Source: Steroidobacteraceae bacterium (GTDB lineage: Bacteria > Pseudomonadota > Gammaproteobacteria > Steroidobacterales > Steroidobacteraceae). From it: a stretch of DNA of 64,000 bases. A model generated the notes under the pieces. The model was given only the letters and a program-made list of their open reading frames with translations, had not been told where the DNA came from and ran no database searches. Shown here piece after piece: positions 1-10,948 of the stretch. The translations under genes were made by a program, and so were the position numbers. The stretch covers positions 41,731 to 105,730 of the forward strand of contig JBQGDL010000006.1 of assembly GCA_052039045.1 (NCBI GenBank). Direction: 5' to 3'. Position 1 is the stretch's first letter. Each line of letters opens with the position of its first letter.

Positions 1-318
<318 letters not shown>

Positions 319-373
319 GCTGCAGGCCGGGAGCGACACCCGCCGTGCAGGTTTCTGCTAATCTTTCGCGCCC

Positions 374-718
374 ATGACCATCCGGATTGCCGCGGGTGTG
401 CTGCTCCTGGCATTGCTCGCGCTGCAGTACCGCCTGTGGGTCTCGGGCAGCGGGCTGCGCGAGGTGTGGCGGCTCGAGCAGGCGATCGCCGCGCAACAGC
501 GGGAGAACGACGGGCTCGAGAGCCGCAATCGCGCGCTGGCGGCCGAGGTGCGCGACCTGAAGGAAGGCCAGGCCGCGCTCGAGGAACGCGCGCGCACCGA
601 CCTCGGCATGGTTGGCGCGAACGAGACCTTCTATCAGCTCGTACCGCCGGCGGCCGGCAGCACGACCGACGCGACCTCGACGGCGAAGCAGCGAACCGCG
701 CAGGCCAGCAGGCAATGA
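374..718 (+). CDS. ftsB: Cell division protein FtsB
   Basis: 114 aa with an N-terminal TM helix (IAAGVLLLALLALQY) followed by a coiled coil (NDGLESRNRALAAEVRDLKEGQAALEERAR). Sits between eno and ispD. Confidence 0.85.
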   Translation: MTIRIAAGVLLLALLALQYRLWVSGSGLREVWRLEQAIAAQQRENDGLESRNRALAAEVRDLKEGQAALEERARTDLGMVGANETFYQLVPPAAGSTTDATSTAKQRTAQASRQ

Positions 719-1416
719 GCCGCGAGGCGCGCCGCTGGGCCGTCCTGCCGGCGGCCGGGCGCGGCGACCGGTTTGGCGCGGCGATCCCGAAGCAATATCA
801 GAAGGTGCACGGTCGCGCCGTGCTGTCGTGGTCGCTCGGCGCGCTGCTCGCCGAACGGTCGATTCGCGGTATCGTGGTCGCGATCGCAGCCGGCGACCGC
901 CGTTTCGCGCGGCTGCCCGAGGCGCGCGACGCGCGCGTGGTGAGCTGCATCGGCGGGGCGCGGCGCGAGCTGTCCGTGGCCCACGCGCTCGAATTTCTCG
1001 CCGGCGAGGCGCGCGACAGCGACTGGGTGCTGGTGCACGACGCCGCGCGGCCCTGCCTGCATCAGGACGACCTGCGGCGGCTGCTGAGGCGCGCCGGGCG
1101 CGAGCCAGCTGGCGGGCTGCTCGCAGTGCCGGTGTCCGACACCCTGAAGCGCGCCGGTCGAGGCGACCGCGTCCGCGCCACGCTGCCGCGGGAGGGTCTG
1201 TGGCGCGCGCTGACTCCGCAACTGTTCCGATTCGGCGTGCTGCGCCGCGCGCTGATGCTGTGCCTCGCGCACGGGCGCGCAGTGACCGACGAGGCCTCGG
1301 CGGTCGAGGCGCTCGGCCTCAAGCCGCTGCTCGTTGCGGGGCGCGTCGACAACATCAAGGTGACGCAGCCGGCCGACCTGCGGCTGGCGGCGGCCGTTCT
1401 CGGCGCGAGGCGCTAG
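715..1416 (+). CDS. ispD: 2-C-methyl-D-erythritol 4-phosphate cytidylyltransferase
   Basis: Internal ATG at 715 of ORF 436-1416, giving a 4-nt overlap with the ftsB stop. AVLPAAGRGDRFG...PKQY nucleotide-binding loop. Followed by ispF. Confidence 0.9.
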   Translation: MSREARRWAVLPAAGRGDRFGAAIPKQYQKVHGRAVLSWSLGALLAERSIRGIVVAIAAGDRRFARLPEARDARVVSCIGGARRELSVAHALEFLAGEARDSDWVLVHDAARPCLHQDDLRRLLRRAGREPAGGLLAVPVSDTLKRAGRGDRVRATLPREGLWRALTPQLFRFGVLRRALMLCLAHGRAVTDEASAVEALGLKPLLVAGRVDNIKVTQPADLRLAAAVLGARR

Positions 1417-1419
1417 CGC

Positions 1420-1914
1420 ATGCGCGTCGGACAGGGCTTCGACGTGCACGCCTTCGGGCCGGGCGAGTTCGTGACGCTGGGCGGCGTGCGCATACCGCAT
1501 GAGCGGGGGATCGTGGCTCATTCCGACGGCGATGTCCTGCTCCATGCGCTGTGCGACGCGCTGCTCGGCGCGATCGGGGCGGCCGACATCGGCGAGCACT
1601 TCCCGGACAGCGATCCGCAGTGGCGGGCGGTAAGCAGTCGCGTCTTTCTGCGCCGCTGCGCGGCGCTGCTGCAGGCGCGCGGCTGGCGCCTAGTCAACGC
1701 CGACTTGACCCTGCTCGCCGAGGCGCCGCGGGTCGCCGAGCACCGCGCCGCGATCCGCGGCAACATCGCGGCGGATCTGGGTGTGGATGCGAGCCTCATC
1801 AATCTCAAGGCGACGACCTGCGAGGGGCTCGGAGCGCTCGGCCGTCGCGAGGGTCTCGCCTGCCAGGCAGTCGTGCTGCTCGCGCGCGCCGACGGCGCGC
1901 CGTCGTCAGGCTGA
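1420..1914 (+). CDS. ispF: 2-C-methyl-D-erythritol 2,4-cyclodiphosphate synthase
   Basis: MRVGQGFDVHAF...IVAHSDGDVLLHALCDALLGA is the IspF zinc-site signature. 164 aa. Confidence 0.95.
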   Translation: MRVGQGFDVHAFGPGEFVTLGGVRIPHERGIVAHSDGDVLLHALCDALLGAIGAADIGEHFPDSDPQWRAVSSRVFLRRCAALLQARGWRLVNADLTLLAEAPRVAEHRAAIRGNIAADLGVDASLINLKATTCEGLGALGRREGLACQAVVLLARADGAPSSG

Positions 1915-1917
1915 CGG

Positions 1918-2961
1918 TTGGACGGAGCGCCGCACGCCTGGGGTCCCGCGCCGGCGCGCGGCCGGATCCGCGCCCGGCCGGAGGATTTCTTCGTCGAGGA
2001 ACTCCTCGGCTTCGCCCCCGATGGCACAGGAAGCCATCTGCTGCTCGAGGTCGAGAAGCGGCAGGCGAACACGGGTTGGGTGCGGATGTGCCTGGCGCGC
2101 CTGGCCGGGGTAGCGCCGCGCGACGTCGGGTTCAGCGGCCACAAGGATCGCGAAGCCGTCACACGCCAGCATTTCACTCTGCCGGCCACGGCACGTGCCC
2201 CGTGCGGCGGCTGGGCCGGGTTTGCGGGGGAGGGCTTCCGCGTGCTCGCGGCGACCGCGCATGGCCGCAAGCTCAAGATCGGCACACATCGAGCCAACCG
2301 CTTTCGCCTCGTGATCCGGGAGGTGGTTGCCGACCCGGTCGCCGTCGCGCGCCGGCTTGCGGAGATCGCCGGCGGCGGGGTGCCGAATCTCTTCGGCCCG
2401 CAGCGCTTCGGCCGCGAGGGCGCGAATGTGCGCGTCGCGCAGGCGTGGGCCGGGGGCGCTCCACCGCCGCACGCGCGCCAGGCGCGAAGCTTCGCGCTCT
2501 CGGCGGCGCGAAGCCATCTCTTCAATGCGGTGCTTGCCGCGCGGGTGCGCGACAGCGTCTGGAATCGGCTGCTGCCGGGCGACGTGGCGATGCTCGACGG
2601 GCGCGGCAGCTTCTTTCGGGTCAGCGACGTCGACGCCAGGCTCGCCGCGCGCTGCGCCGCGCTCGAGGTGCATCCGAGCGGACCGCTGCACGGACGCGGG
2701 GAGTCGCCCGCAGGCGGAGAGGTCGCAGCGATCGAGCAGGCGGTGCTCGCAGCAAACACACCGCTCGGTGCCCTGCTCGAAGCCGAGGGCCTGGCGCAGG
2801 AGCGCCGCAGTCTGCGTCTCGCGGTCCGTTCTTTCTCGTGGGAACTGCGGACGGGTGAGATCGAGCTTTCCTTCGAGCTGCCGCGCGGTGCGTTTGCCAC
2901 GGCGGTACTGCATGAGCTTCTCGCCGATGCCGCGGACACGGCCGAGGACGGCGACGCTTAG
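1918..2961 (+). CDS. truD: tRNA pseudouridine(13) synthase TruD
   Basis: TTG start 3 nt after the ispF stop. RARPEDFFVEELLGF..DG.G.HLLLEVEK and the FSGHKDREAVTRQ block match TruD. ispF-truD synteny is as in E. coli. Confidence 0.88.
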   Translation: MDGAPHAWGPAPARGRIRARPEDFFVEELLGFAPDGTGSHLLLEVEKRQANTGWVRMCLARLAGVAPRDVGFSGHKDREAVTRQHFTLPATARAPCGGWAGFAGEGFRVLAATAHGRKLKIGTHRANRFRLVIREVVADPVAVARRLAEIAGGGVPNLFGPQRFGREGANVRVAQAWAGGAPPPHARQARSFALSAARSHLFNAVLAARVRDSVWNRLLPGDVAMLDGRGSFFRVSDVDARLAARCAALEVHPSGPLHGRGESPAGGEVAAIEQAVLAANTPLGALLEAEGLAQERRSLRLAVRSFSWELRTGEIELSFELPRGAFATAVLHELLADAADTAEDGDA

Positions 2962-2983
2962 GAAACCGGTTCGGAGGCGAACC

Positions 2984-3523
2984 TCAGGCGGACGTGCCAC
3001 TGCGCCGCGAGAGCAGCACGTAGACGGCGCCGGTGCCTCCGTCGACCGGGCGCGCGGAGGCGAACGCGGCGACCGCCTCCATGCGTCGTAACCAGTGGTC
3101 GACGACGCGCTTGAGCACGGGCCCGCGGGCGCCGGATCGGCGACCCTTGCCGTGAATCACGCGTACGCAGCGCAGACCGGCCGCTGCCGACGCGCCGATG
3201 AAATCCCGCAGCTCCGCGTGCGCCGCCGCGCGGCTGAGGCCGTGCAGGTCGATGGCGGCCTGTACGGCGTACCGACCGCTGCGCAGACGCTTGAGCTCAG
3301 CGCGCGCGGCGTCCGAACGCGCGAAGCAGAGCTCGTCGGCCGATTCGAGCAACGCCGCATCCGCAGGCGCGGCGAGCGACTCGCGCAGCACGGCGTCCGC
3401 ATCGGCACGGGCAAAACGTGCAATCGCGCGCGGCCGGGGCGGCGCCGGCCGGTCCGCCGGCTCGCGTATCGGCCGCACGCCGCGCATTGCCTCGCGGAAG
3501 ATCCTGTCCTCATCATCGCCCAT
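2984..3523 (-). CDS. Smr (MutS2-related small) domain protein
   Basis: Start taken at the internal ATG (MGDDEDRIF...). C-terminal IDLHGL...RCVRVIHGKGRRS...GPVLKRVV is the Smr domain. The longer N-terminal ORF extension has no support. Confidence 0.78.
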   Translation of the reverse strand: MGDDEDRIFREAMRGVRPIREPADRPAPPRPRAIARFARADADAVLRESLAAPADAALLESADELCFARSDAARAELKRLRSGRYAVQAAIDLHGLSRAAAHAELRDFIGASAAAGLRCVRVIHGKGRRSGARGPVLKRVVDHWLRRMEAVAAFASARPVDGGTGAVYVLLSRRSGTSA

Positions 3524-3635
3524 CGTTCGCCCGCGGGTTCGCGGCTTCCGGCGCGCGGGGTTTACAGTATAGTTGCGCCGCGTTTGCAGCCAATCCCCGG
3601 GATCCGGGGGCCGTGGAGTTCCACCCGTTCCGCGC

Positions 3636-4388
3636 TTGAGAATCCTGGTCAGCAATGACGACGGCTATCGCGCCGACGGTCTCAAGACCCTGGTCGAGGC
3701 GCTCGCGCCGCTCGCGGAGATCACCGTAGTGGCGCCGGACCGCAACCGCAGCGGCGCGAGCAATTCGCTCACTCTCGACGTGCCGCTGCGGGTCCGCCGG
3801 CACGGCGAGCGCATGTATCACGTCAACGGCACGCCGACCGACTGCGTACATCTGGCGATCTCCGGGTTGTTCGACTACGAGCACGACATGGTCGTGTCCG
3901 GCATCAACGACGGCGCCAATCTCGGCGACGACGTGCTGTACTCCGGCACGGTCGCCGCCGCCATCGAGGGGCGCTTTCTCGGTCTGCCGACCATGGCGAT
4001 GTCGCTGGTCCTGCGCCAGGGCCGTCATTTCGCGACTGCAGCGCGGGTTGCGGCCGAGCTGGTCATGCGGCTCACGCGTACGCCGCTGCACTCCTCGATG
4101 ATTCTCAACGTCAACGTGCCGGATCTGCCCTATGAGGAGCTCAAGGGCCTGCGCGCGACGCGGCTCGGCTACCGGCATCGCTCGGAGCCCGTCGTCGAAA
4201 GCGCCGACCCGCGCGGGCGCCCGGTGTACTGGGTGGGCCCGGCCGGCGAGGGAGCGGACGCAGGCGAAGGCACCGACTTCCACGCGGTGGCCGGCGGGTT
4301 CGTCTCGGTGACGCCGCTGCAGGTCGATCTCACTCGCCACGCAGCGCTCGCCGATCTCGATGAGTGGCTGCGCGGCCGCGCGCCTTGA
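3636..4388 (+). CDS. surE: 5-prime/3-prime-nucleotidase SurE
   Basis: The in-frame TTG at 3636 gives (M)[10 protein letters not shown]...[14 protein letters not shown], the canonical SurE N-terminus. The ORF track begins at 3573, but that extension is Arg/Gly-rich. Confidence 0.88.
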   Translation: MRILVSNDDGYRADGLKTLVEALAPLAEITVVAPDRNRSGASNSLTLDVPLRVRRHGERMYHVNGTPTDCVHLAISGLFDYEHDMVVSGINDGANLGDDVLYSGTVAAAIEGRFLGLPTMAMSLVLRQGRHFATAARVAAELVMRLTRTPLHSSMILNVNVPDLPYEELKGLRATRLGYRHRSEPVVESADPRGRPVYWVGPAGEGADAGEGTDFHAVAGGFVSVTPLQVDLTRHAALADLDEWLRGRAP

Positions 4389-4426
4389 GCCCGAACGTGC
4401 GCGACTCACGGCTCTCCGGCATCGGC

Positions 4427-5059
4427 ATGACCTCGGCACGCACCCGCGAGCGCCTGGTGACGCGGCTGCGCGAGTCGGGGATCGCGGATTCGCAGGTGCT
4501 GGACCGGATCCGCAGCGTCCCCCGGCACCTGTTCGTCGACGAGGCGCTGGCGAGCCGCGCCTACGAGGACACCGCTCTGCCGCTCGGGCATGGTCAGACG
4601 ATTTCGCAGCCTTATATTGTCGCGCGGATGACGGAGGCGCTGATCGAAGGCGGCGCGCCGCGCAAGGTGCTCGAGATCGGCACCGGCTGCGGCTATCAGA
4701 CCGCCGTCCTGGCTCCGCTCGTGACCACCCTGTACACGGTCGAGCGGATCGGCGCGTTGCAGCAGCGCGCGCGCAAGGTGCTGCGCGATCTCAGGATCCG
4801 CAACGTACACATGCGCCACGGTGACGGATTCGAGGGCTGGGCGGCGTACGCGCCTTATGACGGAATCATCGTCTCGGCCGCGGCCCACTCGGTGCCGCCG
4901 GCACTGCTCGAGCAGCTCGCACCGGGCGGGCGGCTCGTCATCCCGGTCGGGCCGGAACGCGAGCAGCAGCTGGTGCGCATCACCCGGCGCGGCGACAGCT
5001 TCGAGCGCGAGCCGCTCGGCGCCGTGACGTTCGTGCCGCTGCTTGCTGGAATCTCCTGA
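4427..5059 (+). CDS. pcm: Protein-L-isoaspartate O-methyltransferase
   Basis: [11 protein letters not shown]...[38 protein letters not shown] plus the SAM motif [15 protein letters not shown]. The ATG at 4427 aligns with Pseudomonas-type Pcm starts. Confidence 0.9.
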   Translation: MTSARTRERLVTRLRESGIADSQVLDRIRSVPRHLFVDEALASRAYEDTALPLGHGQTISQPYIVARMTEALIEGGAPRKVLEIGTGCGYQTAVLAPLVTTLYTVERIGALQQRARKVLRDLRIRNVHMRHGDGFEGWAAYAPYDGIIVSAAAHSVPPALLEQLAPGGRLVIPVGPEREQQLVRITRRGDSFEREPLGAVTFVPLLAGIS

Positions 5060-5064
5060 TGGTC

Positions 5065-5442
5065 TCAGGCCCGACCCGGAATCAACGCGGCTACCACCGC
5101 GCGGCCCTCGGCCAGCATGACGTTATAGGTTCGGCACGCCGCGCCGGTATTCATCACCTCGAATCCGACCTTTGAACGATACAGCACCGCCAGCAGTTGC
5201 GGCGCCGGAAAGATCTGCCGCGCGCCGCTGCCGATCAGCAACACCTCGGGCTGCAGCGCAAGCGCCGGGGCGAGATCTTCCGCGCCGAGCTCGCTCATCT
5301 CCAGGGGCCGCCAGCCCTCTATCAGCGTATGCGCCGACACGATGACGCTGCCGGCGCAGTCGCGGCTGCCGATGCGGAAACCCGTGGCGGTATACGCACG
5401 GATGACGTTCGCCGCGGGCCGGGCATCGACGGTGAGCTTCAT
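5065..5442 (-). CDS. Mth938-like (DUF498) domain protein
   Basis: 125 aa starting at the internal ATG (MKLTVDARP...). PEVLLIGSGARQIFP...GFEVMNTGAACRTYNVMLAEGRAVVAAL is typical of the family. The remainder of ORF 5065-5835 is antisense to the next gene. Confidence 0.75.
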   Translation of the reverse strand: MKLTVDARPAANVIRAYTATGFRIGSRDCAGSVIVSAHTLIEGWRPLEMSELGAEDLAPALALQPEVLLIGSGARQIFPAPQLLAVLYRSKVGFEVMNTGAACRTYNVMLAEGRAVVAALIPGRA

Positions 5443-5502
5443 CGCGCTACCATACTGGATGAGCCTCGTCCCAGTCCCGCGCGACAAGTGCACCCGCGCG
5501 GC

Positions 5503-6507
5503 ATGAGCAGGGCGTCGCGATCCGCCGTCGCGCTTGCGCTGCCACGCCTCGGGGCCGTGCTCGAGGCGGGCAACGATGCCGCAGCGCGAGGGCCGCTGCC
5601 CGCGCTCCAGTGGCTGGCCGCGCGAAGTCGCCGTCAGCCGGCGCGGGCCGGCGACTGGCGGGGCTGGCTGTTGTCGCATTTCGGGCCGGGGGCCGAGGCC
5701 CTGCAGATCTTTCCCGCCGGTCCGTCGCTGTGCGCGCTCCTCGATGGAGCGCCCGCGGCGGGCTGCTGGGCCTGCGCGGAGCCGGTGCACCTCACGACCG
5801 CGCTCGACCATTTGCGTCTCGCGCCGCGAGCGCAACTACGGCTCGCGGCAGACGAGGGACGGGCGCTGGCGATGTCGCTCGATGCGGCGCTCGCCGGAAG
5901 CGGCTACGCGCTTCGCTGGTCGGATCACGGCTCGTGGCTGCTCGGCTGCCCGTCGCGAGTCGAAGCCGACACGGTCGAGCCGGCGCGCGCCGAAGGCGGC
6001 GACGTCCGCGATCATCTGCCCTCAGGGTGCGACGGCGCACGGATCCGCAAACTCACCAACGAACTGCAGATGCTGCTGCACGACCATCCGGTCAACTCGG
6101 CGCGCGTCGCGCGGGGTCTGCCGGTGGTCAACTCGATCTGGCTGTGGGGGTTTGGCGAGGCGGGCGAGCCGACAGCCACGGACCTGCCCGTGCTCTGCAC
6201 CGACGATTTCTGGCTCGCCGGCCTCTGGCGGCTGCACGGCAGCGAAGCACGACCGCTCGCGGATGCCTCGCGCGCGCTCGCGGCCGCGCCCGCGCTGCTG
6301 ATCGCGGCTGCGGACGCGAGCGCCGATCCGCCGGCGCAACTCCGTCGCTGGGAGTCGGCACTCGCGGCGCCGCTCGTCGCGGCGCTGCAGCAGGCGCGGA
6401 TCGGCGCGGCCGAGTTGCTGCTCGGGGCAGTGCCATATCGCGTGACGTCCCCGGCGCGCTTCGCGGTGTGGCGGCGGCCGCGTCCATGGCCGCAACTGCT
6501 GCAATGA
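5503..6507 (+). CDS. Conserved protein, RpfE-type / cofactor-independent phosphoglycerate-mutase-like superfamily (tentative)
   Basis: ATG at 5503 within ORF 5197-6507. The C-terminal half carries HDHPVN..R..GLPVVNSIWLWG, as recalled from RpfE-like proteins. It lies directly upstream of recJ with an ATGA overlap, as in Xanthomonas rpfE-recJ. Confidence 0.5.
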   Translation: MSRASRSAVALALPRLGAVLEAGNDAAARGPLPALQWLAARSRRQPARAGDWRGWLLSHFGPGAEALQIFPAGPSLCALLDGAPAAGCWACAEPVHLTTALDHLRLAPRAQLRLAADEGRALAMSLDAALAGSGYALRWSDHGSWLLGCPSRVEADTVEPARAEGGDVRDHLPSGCDGARIRKLTNELQMLLHDHPVNSARVARGLPVVNSIWLWGFGEAGEPTATDLPVLCTDDFWLAGLWRLHGSEARPLADASRALAAAPALLIAAADASADPPAQLRRWESALAAPLVAALQQARIGAAELLLGAVPYRVTSPARFAVWRRPRPWPQLLQ

Positions 6508-8264
6508 ACGCGCGCCGGATCCTGCGCCGCAGCGTGCCGGACGGAGCCATCGAGCAACTGTCCGCATCGCTGCATCCGGTGCTGCGGCGCGTCTATGCGG
6601 CGCGCGGCATCCGCAACGCGGCCGAGCTGGATCTGGGTCTCGCTCGGCTGCTGCCGGTCGGGACTCTGGGCGGCGTGCCTGCGGCGGTCGATTTGCTGCT
6701 CGCGTGCCACGCCCGTGGCGCCCGCGTCGTGGTAATCGGCGATTTCGATGCCGATGGCGCGACCAGCACAGCGCTCGTGGTACGCCAGCTGCGCCGGCTT
6801 GGCTTCGCGGACCCGGGCTACGTGGTGCCGGACCGGTTCCGCTACGGTTACGGGCTCACGCCGCAGATCGTCCGCGAGGCGGCGAAACTCGATCCACAGC
6901 TGCTGGTCACCGTGGACAACGGCATTTCCTCGCTCGACGGCGTGCGCGAGGCGGCCCGGCTCGGGATCGAGGTGCTGGTGACGGATCATCACCTGCCGGG
7001 GGCGTCCATTCCCGAGGCGGCGGCCATCGTCAATCCGAACCTGCGCGGCGAGCTTTTTGCGTCGAAGGCGCTGGCTGGCGTCGGGGTCGCCTTCTACCTG
7101 ATGGCGGCGCTCACCCGCGCGATGCGCGAACGAGGCCTCGTTGCTCAGTCCGCGGCTGCCAACCCGGCCGAGCTGCTCGACCTCGTTGCGCTGGGCACGG
7201 TTGCCGACGTCGTACCGCTCGACCGCAACAATCGCATCCTCGTCGCGCAGGGAATGCGCCGCATCCGCGCGGGACGGTGCGTCCCCGGTCTGCGCGCGCT
7301 GCTCGAATCCGCCGGACGCAGGCTCGACTCCGTCACCGAGCAGGACCTGGCGTTCCAGGCCGGCCCGCGGCTCAATGCGGCCGGTCGTCTCGAAGACATG
7401 CGGCTCGGCATCGAGTGCCTGCTGACCGGCGACGACGCCGAGGCGCGGCGCCATGCCGCCGAACTCAGCCGACTCAACGTGCAGCGGCGTGAGCTCGAGG
7501 CGCAGATGCAGCGCGATGCGCTGTATCAGCTCGACGGCCTGCTCGAGTCGCTGGCGGGCGAGCTGCCGGCCGGTGTCGCGATCTACGACGCGAGCTGGCA
7601 CCCGGGCGTGGTTGGACTCGTGGCGGCGAAGGTTCGCGAGCGCATCCACCGTCCGGTCATCGCGTTCGCGCCGGGCGATCCCGGCTGGATCAAAGGCTCA
7701 GCGCGGTCGATTCCGGGTGTGCACGTGCGCGACGTGCTCGACACGGTGGCGACCGCCCATCCGGGGTTGCTGGAACGCTTCGGCGGTCACGCCATGGCGG
7801 CGGGTATGACGCTGCGGGAGGAGCGGTTCGGGGATTTCCGTGCCGCGTTCGCCGCGGCGGTCGGCGCATGCATCGACCCGCAAGAGCTTCGCGGCGAGGT
7901 GCACACCGACGGCGCGCTCGCCGCCGGGGAGCTGACCCTCGCCACAGCGCACGCGCTGCGTGCCGGCGGCCCGTGGGGCGCCGGATTCCCCGAGCCGCTG
8001 TTCGACGGCCACTTCGGCGTGGTCGATCGCCGGATCGTCGGGGGTCGGCATCTCAGGCTGCGGCTGCGTGCGCCGGGCGGGGAGAGCGTCGAGGCGATCG
8101 CGTTCCGTCACTTCGACGACGATCGGCCTGCCGATTCCGCTGCGTCGGCAACGGAGCTGGAGATGGTGTACCGGCTGGCGCTCGACGAGCACGCGGGCAC
8201 GGAGCGGCTGCAGCTCGTCGCCGAGTGGCTCGTGCCGGCGGCGTCCGCCGCGTGTCCCGGGTGA
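6504..8264 (+). CDS. recJ: Single-stranded-DNA-specific exonuclease RecJ
   Basis: MNARRILRR... start at 6504. DHH motifs [20 protein letters not shown] and LVTDHHLP are present, along with the DHHA1 block GGHAMAAG. Confidence 0.95.
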   Translation: MNARRILRRSVPDGAIEQLSASLHPVLRRVYAARGIRNAAELDLGLARLLPVGTLGGVPAAVDLLLACHARGARVVVIGDFDADGATSTALVVRQLRRLGFADPGYVVPDRFRYGYGLTPQIVREAAKLDPQLLVTVDNGISSLDGVREAARLGIEVLVTDHHLPGASIPEAAAIVNPNLRGELFASKALAGVGVAFYLMAALTRAMRERGLVAQSAAANPAELLDLVALGTVADVVPLDRNNRILVAQGMRRIRAGRCVPGLRALLESAGRRLDSVTEQDLAFQAGPRLNAAGRLEDMRLGIECLLTGDDAEARRHAAELSRLNVQRRELEAQMQRDALYQLDGLLESLAGELPAGVAIYDASWHPGVVGLVAAKVRERIHRPVIAFAPGDPGWIKGSARSIPGVHVRDVLDTVATAHPGLLERFGGHAMAAGMTLREERFGDFRAAFAAAVGACIDPQELRGEVHTDGALAAGELTLATAHALRAGGPWGAGFPEPLFDGHFGVVDRRIVGGRHLRLRLRAPGGESVEAIAFRHFDDDRPADSAASATELEMVYRLALDEHAGTERLQLVAEWLVPAASAACPG

Positions 8265-8322
8265 ACCGACGGCGCGTGTTAGCATTACCGGCTCTCTGGT
8301 CGATACGACAGCAACGCCCACC

Positions 8323-9418
8323 ATGGAAACGAATCCGCTCCGCCGTTCGCTCGCGGACCTCGCGCAGCGCGCCAGCGCGCTCAGGGGGTACCTTTGACTA
8401 TGAAGGACGCAGCGAGCGGCTTGCGGAGGTGCTGCGCGAGCTCGAGGACCCGACCGTCTGGAGCAACCCCGATCGCGCCCAGGAGCTCGGCCGCGAACGC
8501 ACGCGCCTCGAGTCCGTGGTCGGCACGCTCGACCGGTTGCACACCGGCTTGAACGAGGCGGGCGAGCTGCTCGAGCTCGCCGAAGCCGAGGGCGACGATG
8601 CGGCCGCCCGCTCCGTGGAGGCCGACGTGGGTCGCATCGAGAGCGACATCAAGCGTCTCGAGTTCCAGCGCATGTTTCCGGGCGAGATGGATTCGCACAA
8701 CGCGTTCCTCGACATCCAGGCCGGGGCGGGTGGCACGGAAGCGCAGGACTGGGCCCAGATGCTGATGCGGATGTATCTGCGCTGGGGCGACCAGCAGGGG
8801 TTTCGCACCGAGGTGATCGACGTCGGTCCGGGCGAGGTGGCGGGAATAAAGAGCGCGTCGATCCGCTTCGAGGGCGAGTACGCCTACGGCTGGCTGCGAA
8901 CGGAGACGGGAGTGCACCGGCTGGTGCGCAAGTCGCCATTCGACTCCAATGCCCGACGTCACACCTCGTTCGCTTCGGTGTTCGTTTCGCCGGAGATCGA
9001 CGAGGACATCTCGATCGAGGTCAATCCGGCCGATCTCGAGATGGACGTCTATCGTTCGAGCGGCGCTGGCGGCCAGCACGTCAACAAGACCGAGTCGGCG
9101 GTGCGTATCCGGCACCTGCCGAGCGGCATCGTGGTCGCCTGTCAGAGCGAGCGCAGCCAGCACAAGAACCGCTCCACGGCGATGAAGATGCTGAAAGCGA
9201 AGCTCTACGAGCTGGAAGTCAACAAGCGCAATGCGGCCGCCAAGGTGCTCGAGGACTCGAAGTCGGACGTGAGCTGGGGCAACCAGATCCGTTCGTACGT
9301 GCTCGACCAGTCGCGCATCAAGGACCTGCGCACCGGCGTCGAGATCGGCAACACCAGCGCGGTGCTGGACGGCGATCTCGCGCCGTTTCTCGAGGCGAGC
9401 CTCAAGCAGGGGCTGTAA
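8323..9418 (+). CDS. prfB: Peptide chain release factor 2, requires programmed +1 frameshift (8323..8394 joined to 8396..9418)
   Basis: Frame-0 peptide is [24 protein letters not shown] then TGA (8395-8397). The +1 frame continues DYEGRSERL... and carries the SPF-type and GGQ ([17 protein letters not shown]) motifs. Confidence 0.95.
8383..8398 (+). promoter_or_regulatory. prfB: prfB autoregulatory +1 frameshift site (internal SD-like AGGGGG, 3-nt spacer, CTT TGA C)
   Basis: AGGGGGTACCTTTGAC differs by only one base from the E. coli AGGGGGTATCTTTGAC element. Confidence 0.9.
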
Positions 9419-9423
9419 GCGCG

Positions 9424-10905
9424 ATGGGCGACGACACCGAGAATCACCTGATCGCCGAGCGGCGCGCCAAACTCGCGCGGTTGCGCGAACGCGGCGGCGC
9501 CTTTCCCAACGACTTCCGCCGCGATGCGACCGCCGAGGAGCTGCACCTGGGCTACGGCGATCGCGGCGCCGAGTGGCTCGAGGCGCACCCGACCCGCGTG
9601 GCCGTCGCAGGGCGGATGATGTTCAAACGCGTGATGGGCAAGGCGAGCTTCGCGAAGCTGCAGGACCGCTCGGGCCTCATCCAGATCTTCCTGCAGAGTG
9701 ACGCCCTGGGCGAGGCGTACGAGGAGTTCCGCGGCTACGACATCGGCGACCTGATCGGCGCCACCGGCGTGCTGTTCAAGACCAGGACGGGTGAGCTGTC
9801 CGTCAGGGTCGAGCGGCTGCGCCTGCTCGTCAAGTCGCTGCGCCCGCTGCCCGACAAGTGGCACGGGCTCGCCGACCAGGAGATCCGCTATCGGCAGCGC
9901 TACGTCGACCTGATCGTCAACGACGAGAGCCGCCGCGTGTTCCGCATGCGGACACGGATCGTGCAGTACCTGCGCCAGTTCCTCGACTCGCTCGGTTTCA
10001 TGGAGGTCGAGACGCCGATGATGCAGCCGATCCCGGGCGGCGCGGTCGCGCGCCCGTTCGACACGCATCACAACGCGCTCGATCTCGACATGTACCTGCG
10101 CATCGCGCCCGAACTCTATCTGAAGCGGCTCGTCGTCGGCGGCTTCGAGCGCGTCTACGAGATCAACCGCAATTTCCGCAACGAGGGTCTGTCGACGCAG
10201 CACAACCCCGAGTTCACGATGCTCGAGCTCTACCAGGCGTACGCGGATTACCGCGATTTCATGGACCTCACCGAGCGGATGCTGCAGGGGCTCGCCGACA
10301 CGCTGGTCGGCTCCCGCCAGGTCGTGTGGCAGGGAATCAGTTGCGACTTCGGCCAGGCTTTCCGCCGCGTCACCGTGGAGGACCTGATCATGCATTTCAA
10401 CCAGGGACTCGAGCGGGCGCGTCTGCGCGACGCCGGCTACCTGCGTGGCGTCTGCGCACAGCTCGGCATCGATGCGCACGCCGGCGACGGCGCCGGGATG
10501 CTGCAGATCGAAATCTTCGAGCGCACCGCCGAGCAGCGGTTGGCGCAGCCGACCTTCGTGTACGCCTATCCGGCCGAGGTGTCACCGCTCGCGCGGCGCA
10601 ACGATGCGGATCCATTCGTGACCGATCGCTTCGAGCTGTTCGTCGGCGGACGTGAGCTGGCCAACGGCTTTTCGGAGCTCAACGACCCCGAGGATCAGGC
10701 GGCGCGGTTCCGCGAGCAGGCAGCGCGCAAGGCCGCGGGCGATGCCGAGGCGATGTTCTTCGACGCCGATTACATCCGCGCGCTCGAGTACGGCATGCCG
10801 CCGGCAGCCGGTCTCGGCATCGGCGTCGACCGGCTCGTCATGCTGTTCACCGACCAGCCGTCGATCCGCGACGTGCTGCTGTTCCCGCACCTGCGACCCG
10901 AATAG
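9424..10905 (+). CDS. lysS: Lysine--tRNA ligase (class II)
   Basis: OB-fold region [26 protein letters not shown] and class II motifs ([34 protein letters not shown]). Starts 5 nt after prfB. Confidence 0.95.
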   Translation: MGDDTENHLIAERRAKLARLRERGGAFPNDFRRDATAEELHLGYGDRGAEWLEAHPTRVAVAGRMMFKRVMGKASFAKLQDRSGLIQIFLQSDALGEAYEEFRGYDIGDLIGATGVLFKTRTGELSVRVERLRLLVKSLRPLPDKWHGLADQEIRYRQRYVDLIVNDESRRVFRMRTRIVQYLRQFLDSLGFMEVETPMMQPIPGGAVARPFDTHHNALDLDMYLRIAPELYLKRLVVGGFERVYEINRNFRNEGLSTQHNPEFTMLELYQAYADYRDFMDLTERMLQGLADTLVGSRQVVWQGISCDFGQAFRRVTVEDLIMHFNQGLERARLRDAGYLRGVCAQLGIDAHAGDGAGMLQIEIFERTAEQRLAQPTFVYAYPAEVSPLARRNDADPFVTDRFELFVGGRELANGFSELNDPEDQAARFREQAARKAAGDAEAMFFDADYIRALEYGMPPAAGLGIGVDRLVMLFTDQPSIRDVLLFPHLRPE

Positions 10906-10909
10906 GCGA

Positions 10910-10948
10910 CATTCCTCATTTCGTCCCCAAATGGAGAATGCCTCTTTT
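10910..10948. terminator. Candidate bidirectional terminator between convergent lysS and ygfZ
   Basis: CATTCCTCATTT (10910-10921) pairs with AAATGGAGAATG (10929-10940): 10 Watson-Crick pairs, 1 wobble and 1 mismatch, with a 7-nt loop. It is followed by CCTCTTTT. The stretch is an A/T-rich patch in a GC-rich genome. Confidence 0.45.
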
